NCBI GenBank assembly: GCA_951406725.2
Contig: OX597814.1
Span: 30,008,001 to 30,072,000, forward strand
Direction: 5' to 3'
Origin: Octopus vulgaris
Taxonomy: Eukaryota
DNA: 64,000 nt
The position numbers were made by a program, and so were the translations under genes. Each line of letters starts with the position of its first letter. Within the stretch, counting starts at the first letter, position 1. Below the pieces are notes generated by a model. That model did not search any database, was not told the origin of the DNA, and saw nothing but the letters and a program-made list of their open reading frames with translations. Below, piece by piece: positions 42,267-53,144 of the stretch.

Positions 42267-43217
42267 GTAGAGAGGGAGAGAGTCATGTGACTCAGGGGTT
42301 GTTGGATGTCTTCAATGATTGCTTGTTAACCAGTTGAATGGCTTTCCTTCGAATGTGGCTGACCTAAGATTCTTGTATATTTAGCTGCAACACCATGTCT
42401 GAGATGTAGTTTTGGCAATGTAGCATATATGATGTTACCATGAGAGATCATCAGTGATGGGAAATCATATTTGCATGTATGTGTGTATATGCATGTATAT
42501 TATATGTAGAATAAAATGCATCCAGTGCACTGTGTAAAGTGGTTGGAGATAGAAAGGGCAGCTAGCCATAGAAACCAAGTCATATATGATATGTACAAGT
42601 GAGATGTAGTCCTCTGGCCTATCTTGGGAGGCAATAGCTCCAAGGAGGAACTGATTCAGACTCTACGGGCCCATCCTGTCCATGCCAGCAAGAGAGCAGA
42701 TGTAAAGTGGCAGTGAGGATGACGATGTATATATAGGTGTATGTGTGTGTGTACACACACACACACACAAACAAATACACACATGCGCACACACACACAC
42801 ACACACACACAAACAAATACATACATGCGCACACACACACACACACACACACAAACAAATACACACACGCACGCACACACACACACACAGTGTCACCTGA
42901 AGTTCAGCAACAAGTGATGCATATTGGCTTACACAATCTCAGTTTTGATTAAATGTTATTCTGCTTAGCTGAACAGTATTGAGTACTTTTTCTGTTCACT
43001 CTATTGCAATTTAGACCTGTATGAAACCACTGGTAATCAGCTAATTGAAGCATGCTTCATCTTTTCTCTCTCAACTTTCTTTTTTCTCCTTGTCTATTTT
43101 TTTCTGTAGAAGATCATATACTCAAAACATTAAAGACTTTTTTTTATTTTTCCTGGGTGTAAGCCTATTACACTCATTTTGATTTCTTCTTCATCTTTAT
43201 GTTATAATTTTTGCAGA

Positions 43218-43490
43218 GAGAGAATTGAAAGCTGCTGACAATGTGGAAAGTTTAATAAGACCATTATATTTCAGGTGCAAAGGCCCATCTTCAGAAGATA
43301 AAAAAAGAAAACAGTCTGAGAAAAGCTCAGTTATGTATGTTCTGTTTACCCATTCAAATGCATTAATAGAACCGATATCACTGGACTTTTCTCAGACTTT
43401 GTTTTTTCTTCTGAAGATGGGCCTTTGTGCCTGAAATATAAAGGTTTTATTAAGCTTTCTGCATTGTCAAAAGCTTTCTATTTTCTCTCT
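43218..43490. repeat. Inverted repeat (~105-bp arms) carrying hammerhead-like motifs, probably Penelope-derived
   Basis: Arms 43218-43325 and 43386-43490. Each contains CTGAAGA-T-GGGC..GCCT/ACCT-GAAA-TATA. Confidence 0.75.
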
Positions 43491-43529
43491 TTTTACCTTC
43501 TTCAGTATTACAATGCTTCAAGTGATTTA

Positions 43530-44430
43530 TCAGGTCATTAAAAAGGAAATGTCCGATTTTGAACTGAAATTATTTTACTTCATCTCAACAAAAAGCAGTG
43601 CAGTTAATCAAAGTATGCACCTAAATTATCGATACAATTTTGCCATTTTATCAGTAGCTTATTTATGCACACAGTGAAGAATTCTGGAGTGCAAGAGGTG
43701 ATGAAATCATGAAAGGCTGTTTTTGCATCTTGTTTAGATTTGAAGTTTTTTCCTTGCAAAAAGTTGTTTAATGTCTAGAAGACATGATAGTCAGTCAGCG
43801 CAAGGTCTGGTGAATACGGTGGTGACAGAGTACTTCCAAGTTCAGTTTCTGTGGTTGTATTGTCTTGCAAGAGATTTGGCCTGTCTCTATTGATCAATCT
43901 CGATTGTTTAATTGAAGTTTGCTCATCATTTCATCCAATTGGTTGATGTATACATCCACTGTAATTTACTTGCCAGTTCTCATGAAGCTGTAGTAGATGA
44001 CTCCAGCGCTGGACCATCAAACAGACACCATTAGCTTTTTTTTGGTGAATATTCTTTTTTGGATTGTGTTTTGGCACGGGGCTGATTTTGAAGAGTAAAG
44101 TCACCAGACCGGAACTTCTCAGATCATGGACATACAGTGCACTCATTCCCCACATCTTCACCAAATACCTCATTGATGTTTTGAGCTGTCTGGGATGCAT
44201 TGGTTCCATGACAGAACTCATATTCATAAACAACACAAATTTTTTATCTACCCATAGGTTCACAAAAATTGATTTACAGTATAATCAGAAACCATGAATT
44301 GCATTTCGAAAAGTGATGATGTAAATCTTCAATGTTATAAAACAAAGAATTGTCAGGATAAAACATCAGAGTTAATAATTGCCAAACTTGGTGCATAAGA
44401 AAATCGGACATTTCATTTTTAATGACCTGA
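43530..44430 (-). mobile_element. Defective mariner (DD34D) element
   Basis: TA-flanked TIRs TCAGGTCATTAAAAAGGAAATGTCCGATTT / AAATCGGACATTTCATTTTTAATGACCTGA. Minus-strand fragments VCLMV/WSSAGVI, LLQDN and PYSPDLALTDYHVF. Confidence 0.92.
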
Positions 44431-44734
44431 TATAACGCTCTTATATATATTAACATTTATATGGTAATTACAAGGTTATTTTCAGCTAATGCATTCAGTA
44501 AAATGCATTTTAAGATCCACATCAATTGATGCAAAGTCAATAACCCAAAGCAAGTCCTATACATATATGTATATATATATCACAAAAAGTGTTCCATTGA
44601 AGAAATGTTGGGGGATTAGCATTCAATGCACTATGAACAGCCACTGTAGAGGATGCGAATAGCCTCAGTGGCATAATATGTGTGGGGAATAATGTTGTAA
44701 ACTGCATCTTATCATACTTTTTCCTATATATATG

Positions 44735-46004
44735 CAGGGTGCGGTGAATAAACTGTCGTCTAAATTATGCAAAAACGAAAATAACACTGACATCTCATTT
44801 TAACAGATATATTTACCAAAATTACATAAAAATATCTTGAAATACTAAAGAATAAATTTTTATTTAATAACATCGCCATTGGCTTCAACCACAGCCTCCA
44901 GATGACTTTGAAATCTGCAACTCTTCTGGACAGCCTCCTTGTTTAAGTTGGTGAATGCTGCCATAATTCTTGCCTTTAGTTTATCTTTGGTGTTACAAGA
45001 CGTTTTGGTCTCTCACTCAACTGTGCCCCCACACATAATAATCAAGCAGGTTGCAGTCTGGGGAGTTAGGTGGCCAGATGTTAGGTGTGGTGTGGTTGCA
45101 GAAATTGTCTGACAGACATGACTGGGTTCTCCTGCTTGTGTGGCATGGTCCAGAGTCTTGTTGCCAGACATAGGGTCTTCCAGCAGCCACCACCTTCTTG
45201 ACCCAGGGCAGCACTACCTCCTCCAGGCACTCGATGCTGGCCTCCGTATTGAGTTTGAGGCCATGTGGGAAGATGAATGGAGGCATAACATCACCATCAC
45301 TAGTGATCACTCCAAATACCATGATGTTGACTGGGTATTTCATTTTTATCACTCTCGGTACATGTTTTAGGGTATTGCAAGTCAACAGTTGTTCTGTGTT
45401 CACCATCTGATCCAGGCAGAAATTTTTCTGCATGTTCGTTTGGAGGAGATGCTTGAGTTTGTTCAAGAGCTTCGTAGCATGGTCATTCCTTTTGTCCTTG
45501 GCAACTTGGGATAAAAATTAGCCTTTTCTCATCTCATTAAGAATACTGAATGTCTTCAGGTACTACCTGCCTCAAGGGACATACTACCATGTCCCTTGCG
45601 ATGGACCTGATTGACTTGGAGGAATCAGTGTCAATCATAGCCTGGATCTCACCAATAAATTGAGGAGTTCTTTTCTTACCAGAATAATCAGAGTGAGTTT
45701 TCCAAGCTTATGTGCCTTTGTAATCACCATTAGACTCATCCAACTCTTTCGGAGTCCTCTGCACTGTCCTCAGATGACACCCAAACATTCTGAAATGTTT
45801 GTATTTGAGGTTCTGCCACAAATGCCAAGTAGTACACCATGTTGTTTCCAAACTTTCTGGCAGAGTGAATTGTGTCATGGTGTTTTTCTCACAGACTGCC
45901 CAACTGACCCTACTATACAGTGTAGTCGACAAAATCAAAAACAAACAATGTGCATGCACAAAATTTAAAATATAAAATGGCGACAATTTATCCATTGCAC
46001 CCTG
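44735..46004 (-). mobile_element. Tc1/mariner superfamily DD37D (maT) element, defective
   Basis: 26-bp imperfect TIRs CAGGGTGC...GTCG(T/C)C. ORF 45017-45466 has WQQD...WPPNSPDCNLLD with 37 residues between the last two catalytic Asp. Confidence 0.9.
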
Positions 46005-46526
46005 TATGTGAATGTGTGTGTGTGCGTGTGTGTGTATGTTTGTGTGTACTTTCTTTTTAATTATCTCCTTAACTTCTCATCTATGTCACTTCGTGTGCTG
46101 AATTGTCCCAATTCTGGGTGGTTCTCTTAACTTTTTCTTCTCTCTGTATTTGTGTCCTACCAGCAGATGGGAAAAAATGCCTCAAAACAGAAGAATGTTA
46201 TTCTTCACATACAACATCATGTTGCCATGCAAACACACTGCCAGGCCGAACTTTTCTTGGTATGTAGCTGAATGGTATTAAGCCTCCTTGTTACACCAGC
46301 AGGAATGTGCTTCTGTCCTTTTCTCACTTGCCTTGACCTTCAATTTTTATTTGACCTTCTGTTATTTATTTTCTGTTGTCTGCCTTTTTATAGTCTTCCT
46401 TATACACAAAGTTGTACAAACATATTGAAATGTTAAAAAATATCCTCTGAATATCCTTAACAACTCTTATTTCTGTGATAATAATTTAAACAAAATGATC
46501 AAATTGTTATTATTATTATAATTATA

Positions 46527-46573
<47 letters not shown>

Positions 46574-49359
46574 CTTCTTTCAATTTTGTTTCCATTTCTT
46601 ACTGAGTGTCTTCCCAACACTCAGGGCAAAGAGACTCACAGTATACATTGGTAGGCCATTAAAATAAACACACCAGATTGTTCATTTACAAAGTCATTAT
46701 TATTATTATCATCATCGTTTTCTTCTTCTTCTTCTTTGTTACTCTTTGTCTCTTCTTCAGCACACTGTTTACTGCTTCTGTTTGTAGTGTTGTTAGATGA
46801 TGTTGCTTAGATTGCATGATAGAAACAAGATTTACCCATTTATTTTCCTTATTTCTACTCACAAAGCCCTAGAGTTTAATGAAATTATCAATGAATAATT
46901 CTTTTTCATTGATATCTTCAAGAACTTGTTGAATATTTCTCATCTTTTTTGTCTTGTGCTTTCCCTCTATTTGTGCCTTAATTTTATATACAACAGACTT
47001 TCTAACCAAATCTGTTTTACAGAATGTTATTTGCTGTGCCAAGTATTTATTCATGATAGAGAACTTTGACCTGTTCTAATTTCTATTCCATATATCATAT
47101 TTTATCAATATTTCTCAATAAAATGTTAGAAATCTTGCAAAACATGATTATATTCAATTGGTAAAATATATTAGTTCAAATGTAATTTTACAATCATCAT
47201 TTATTGAACATATTTCCAAAACTGTTTTTTTATATTATATTCTTATTTTACTTTTCAGTAAGATAGGTTTGTTTAACTGTTAGCTTTCTTTGAACTCATA
47301 GCCCTATGATCTAAGATAAAATTTTATGTCATGCATGAATTTACATGACTAATTGTTAAAATGAAGCTAAAATATTAAAGATTAGTCTTAAATGTTTGAT
47401 ATTTTATATGAAATTTAATATAAAACTTCTAAATTTACTTTTATTTTAAGAATTTTATCTTGAAGTTGCTACTTGAATTTCTATCATATTTATTATGTTT
47501 ATCATGTTTATTATCAAAGCAACCAAGAGAATGGAGTATTAGACTAAAGGTTCTATATAACTGAATGGATAAATGCACATTATTTTTTCCTTGGATGTTT
47601 CACTGTTGGAACTCTTTATTATAACTTGTTTGAATATTAGTGATTGAATTACCAAGATGTATAATTTTCAGTTGTAATGTAAGTGAATTTTTATTATAGT
47701 TATACTTGCTTGACAAATGATTTGATCTGAGAGTGTATGTTGACACTGGAGCAATTACATGGTAGAAGAGCCACTTCAGCCACTTAAGAACAGGATCTAT
47801 AAAATCTCTTACATTCAATTTTGACATCCTAAGAAATAAATCAAAAGTAAATGTGACAGATTTTCTGTATTCTAAAAATAGCTAAGTGCCTCTTCTATGA
47901 TGTATGTGTAAAATTATTAATCAAATTTTATTTAACAGTTAAATAAGTGAAAGCTTATGTAATGCTTTCAGTGTTAAAAATCCAAATTAAAGTCAGGTAT
48001 GTGTTAAAATAAAAATGATATTAATTCATTGCCATTATTATTATTTTTCTGTGTAAGTATATGACATATTTTTTTATAGCTAGTTTAGTACTTCCCTGTT
48101 TTAAGTTAAATTCTCTCTAAGACACATTAACTTTTTCATCCTCTGGACTGGAGAAAAATAAGTATTAGTTACTCACAGCAGTCAGCTGTACCAATTCCCA
48201 TCCTACACTCACAAAAATAAGAAATTTTCACTCTCCTAAAATGTTGCCAGCACTATTATGTTAAAGCAAACTCTGTGGAAAGACTTGGTTACTGGAATTT
48301 TGATTTGCAATTCAAAGTTCCTCTCTCACATTACTAATTCCTTTGGGAATTTACAACTTTATATGAATATTACACCTTCTCCTTCCTCTTCCTTACAAAA
48401 TCTCAGAATTAATCCCAATAAAAGAAAAAAAATATCTATTTTACTAAAAGCATGTATTTCATTAATAGCTTCCTAATCTATTTATCTTTACCCCTTTTCA
48501 TAACTCATGAAACTAAATATGAATATTTTAATACCAATTGTAGGATTTATGTGTGGTATTTACATTAACACTTTGAAATACACTTGCAGTTGGTATTAGA
48601 CATTATAAGCACAATCTGAGTCTGGAAACAGAAATAGGCCCACTGACAGGACTCAGGCCATGTGTCTATCGATTATATTACAGAACATCCCCTACTACTC
48701 CATTTGGAATTAGGGACTAGAAATTGTTTTGCTATTATTGCATTACAAGTGATAGATATATTTAAGTAGTGCCAGCAGATATTTTTCTCTTTTCTGTCTC
48801 AAATTAGTGCTTATAGTGTGTATTTTCATTTACATTAAAATCTGTGTGATCAATTTTACGTATTTGTATTTATTAACTAAACATCCTTTTCCATTTACTA
48901 ATTTCTTTTTATCCTCAAAGACCTTAATATTTGATTCTAAGAGATGAAGAACATGAAAGCAATTATCGTTTTTTTAAAGAATTTTCAATTTAAAATTTAT
49001 TTAATTAAATGTATTTTTTCTTGACCAGCTTCATTGTCATTTTTATTAGATATTTTAACATATTTTTTTCTCTTTAATTCAAAATATTTGTAATTATATA
49101 TTTAAAGCTAAAATTAGCATATTTTTGCAAAATTGCTTAAAACATGTTGCTTATATTAATATAAATAAGGGCATGTATATGTTTGTGTTTAATATATATA
49201 TATATACTTTTTTATGTACATTCCTTTATGTACACTGATTTGTTCTGCTTTTTATATTTAACCCTACAGTCTCTTATGTGGTGGTTTAATAAAGTATGTG
49301 ATTGAGTATTATCTGCTAATTGATATTTGATTTAGATGTATTTCTCCATTTTCTCATCT

Positions 49360-49400
<41 letters not shown>

Positions 49401-50698
49401 AATGTTAGTTGATAATGCAATTCTTAAATGGTGAACTGCTTTTATGAATCATATTGAGATGTGATTGTGAATTATTTAAAAGTCTTTTAGATTATGCTTT
49501 GTTAAATATGTAAAATATTTGGGAAAGCCATCAATGCGAAACAACAATTTAGACTGCACTTCAAATTACTGTAATCCAAACCTTTTTGACATGGTATTGA
49601 AAAATATTGATGTTTTCTAAAAAAAAAATAAGCAGTTTGTAAGTAATGATGAGCTGTATGTAGTGAGCAGAACCTTTAAAATTAAGATTTAAATTATTAG
49701 AATCTGCATTTGCCATTGCCAATCACTCTTCCACACAACCCCGACATTTCCTTATTTTCTTCCTCCCATACATTCTTTCCACCCTCCCACCCATTCTGGT
49801 CTGTTTTATGTCATTGCTGTCTCACCTCCTTACAAATAATCATTCCTGGCCTTTCTCTCTGTATTGTTCCCTTTACTTCATATTAATTTGAAATTTTGAT
49901 TGAAGGCTTTAATTTAGTTCACTTCATAATATGAATTTTGTGTGTAGTTTTAACAGCAGAGGGAACAATATAGCCAAAATAGTTGCCTGTATGAACAGAG
50001 AAAATGTTGAATTATGTGGTCTCCCTAATCTTGTATTGTTAAGGACTATTTTACCTCTCTAACATTGGTGCCATAAGGAAATGCATCTAGTACTTTCTGT
50101 AAAGTGGTTTTTGTTAGGAAGAGTGCCCAGCCATAGAAACTAAGCCATGTACTGTTTATGAGCACCCAAACTTTGGAAGCAGTAGCCTCCAATGAAAGAT
50201 GACTTGGTCTGTGAAGACCTGCTTCACCCATGCCAGCATGGAAGCAGTTGTAAAAATGATGAAGGTGATGGTGGTGGTGGTGGTTTGTATTTGATGTTGT
50301 TAAATATCATCACAGTATCGAATATTGGTGGAAGTTCTAATTAATGTAGGTGCTGTGTTTGGGTAATGTGTTTGATGCAGATCATTGAAAACTTCAAAGA
50401 CTTTAGTTTCTGCTCTTGATTAGTTTTTGTGAGCAGAACAAGAGAATAAGGAGGAATAAATAGATAGTGGACATTGATATATCTGCCTATGATTATTTTA
50501 TGGTATAGAAAGCTTTGGATTATGACTAAGATTGTTAGCAATAAAGTATAGATGAAGAAAAATTTAGAAAGATATTTAGGGAACAGAAAAGGTTAGTCAA
50601 TTGTTGGATGAGAATCTGTCAGCAGAGAAACTGCATCTATGTGATTTTCTTAGCTTTGAGAATTAAACATATGGCTGAACCTTCATATTTGTAAGATA

Positions 50699-50741
<43 letters not shown>

Positions 50742-51176
50742 ATAGGATAACATTTTTTTCAGAAAAAATTTCATCAAAAGTGGCAGCATATTAAAATACT
50801 TTTAAAGGTTAAAATTATAAACAACTTATAAACAAGAGCAAAAGTAAAATGATTTCTATGCCAATATGCTGAGAACAGACTTTAGATTGTCAATTTCCAC
50901 ATTTCAGTATACATTCACTATAAATACACGTCCTGCTGAAATCAAGGAAAGCAAGCCAACAGAAATTTTTTAAAAAGTTCGTTATTGCTATATTGAATCA
51001 ATTTCGGGATTAATCCTATGGATTCTTCCCTCTTCAGTAGAAGATACGATAAGAAATAAATGAAATACTTACACACACTCATGGAAAAACACATAAGAGT
51101 CATGAGTACACATAAGTACCCCAGTTATATCTACATGTAAAATCCTTTAGCCAGTATTTCATTTATTTCTTATCAT

Positions 51177-51219
<43 letters not shown>

Positions 51220-51271
51220 CAACATCAAAAAATACCTTAGGAATGAGAACCCAGGTTCGAAATTTCCCCAA

Positions 51272-51318
51272 GACACCTGAAGAAGGCTGGAGGGTATATC
51301 AGCTGAAACATTGTGTTG
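51272..51318 (+). ncRNA. Minimal type I hammerhead ribozyme motif (Penelope-like), probably decayed
   Basis: GACAC-CTGAAGA-A-GGCTG(10-nt loop)CAGCT-GAAA-CA-TT-GTGTT: stem I, CUGANGA, stem II, GAAA and NUH in canonical order. Confidence 0.7.
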
Positions 51319-52924
51319 ACAACAAACAATATGAGGACAAATATCCATCAAATGTAAATAATGTAGAACATGTGATGATGTTTAACCCTAGGTCAGCCAT
51401 GGTTAACCCTTTTGCTACCATATTTCTCTTGATATCAACTGCCTTCATTTAAATTAATTTTAAAAATAAGGAAGAATTTAATGAAATATCTTGGATATTA
51501 TTAAGTTAATTTTTTATTGTTTGCCACATAAAATAATATGAAATTTTGATGAAAGGTTTTAATTTAGAGTACTTTAAAATATGAAGTTTGTATCATAGAA
51601 CCAGCAGCTCAAAGAGCCTGTCATGGTAATGGTTAAGTGGATATGTGAATCTCATAAGTAGGCAGAAGTGTGATCAGAGAGAGATTTAGCTGCTATTTAT
51701 AGCAAGTTGAATGATCACATAAAGTCTTCCTTATTTTCTTTAGGTGTGTAGAGCAATTAAGAATAAAGGAAATAGACTGGAGAAATTTGTTTCAGTAAAG
51801 AAGAGGACATGAGGTTTGAGTGTTCACAGTTAATATTTAGAATATTAATAAAATAGTAATTTAGAATATGATGGCCAATTTAGAAGGAGAGTATGTTTCC
51901 AGTGAATAGTTTATATATATATATATTATCATCATATATATATATATATATATATAACATAATATAATATAATATAATGTAACGTAATATAATCTAATAT
52001 AACCCTATTCACAGTATTCTTTATTATCATGCCTGTTTAGAAAGAACTTACACTCAGAATTCATACACATGTCCAAACTTGCAGAATTATTCAATTTCTG
52101 TTATTATATAACAAAAACAGACATAAAAAGATGTTTAATAAAAACCATTTTTTTGTTATTGAGATGTATTGGCAAACCAATAAAGTTTGTAGAAAACATC
52201 AATAAGTAACTCGGGATACTTTATTTTTTCCCTTTGTCATTAAATATATAAATAAAAACCTTTTCTTAGGTATTCCTATACAAATGATAACCAATATAAC
52301 TTGTCTCAGTGTTACTGATTTTTGGTGAAATGTTTTGTTGCTGATATCATTGTTGATGTCATTACCAGCCCATCTCCTTGAGTGATTATGAAAATGATGG
52401 GAAATGTCTGGTGTCTAGTCTTATGTTATATAGATGGTACCAATGTTAAATCTCCCTCGTGTTTTATCTCATATAAAGCATCCAAAGAGGTTCTTGAAAG
52501 CATTTTTACTTAATTCAATCCTTTCATATGCTATTAATTCTTCATCTTATTGTTGAGGTCTTTCCTCCATCCTCTTCAACGTACTCCTCATTATCATCAT
52601 CATTGTCTTCAGCACCATTAATATCAAAACTTCACTCATTGTAATGGTTATCAGTCTATTTTTTTCTTAATGTGTTAGAACTGCTTCACCTTCATCTGTA
52701 CCTATCTTACCACATATCTAAGCACATTGATTTCCTTTTGATTAGATTTGTCTTATCTCCAGCCTGCTTCAGCTGATCTCAACCATAACAATTATATATC
52801 TCATCACAGTAATTGTTTATTCAAACAGTTTGTGTCACCTACTTTCAACATTGCTGTGGCAATGTGTTCAGATTTGTTGGCTCAAGCTGTAGGAATTGGG
52901 GAATCTACATGCACTAGTTTTTAA

Positions 52925-53144
52925 CCCTTTAGAATTCAGATCATTTTATGAAATCTAATGTATAATTATTCACATCATTTTAAACTGATTCTGCATTATG
53001 TTTTAGCTTTGAGATTTCAATGATGTAATCATCTATTTTTGGAATGACATTGTAGGGGAGGTGTGAGAGGTCAGTTCTAGCCAGTTTGAACACAAAACAG
53101 GTAGAATATTTGAGCTAGATATGGCTGGTTTAAATGCTAAAGGG
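52925..53144. mobile_element. piggyBac-type MITE (family of 29257-29478)
   Basis: TTAA-CCCTTTAG ... CTAAAGGG-TTAT. The interior is the reverse complement of the 29.3-kb copy. Confidence 0.8.

Noticed and set aside
42619-42952. Cys/Val- or His/Thr-rich ORFs here and at about 12.6, 16.4, 30.4, 57.3 and 63.3 kb
   Set aside because: Translations of (CA)n/(TA)n microsatellites and SINEs.
48598-48752. H/ACA snoRNA-like layout (CTGAGTC/GACTCAG hairpin, ANANNA, CCCTA/TAGGG hairpin)
   Set aside because: The second hairpin is too short and the ACA is not placed just after it.
48931-48980. DSK/DEE-like peptide resembling the vertebrate PQLC1 cassette exon
   Set aside because: The two halves are in different frames and there is no GT donor. 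Probably coincidence.
46869-52640. Nested antisense gene from minus-strand ORFs at 46869, 47600 and 50341 and the acidic-looking stretch near 52600
   Set aside because: No recognisable domain, frequent stops and no consistent splice-phase chain.
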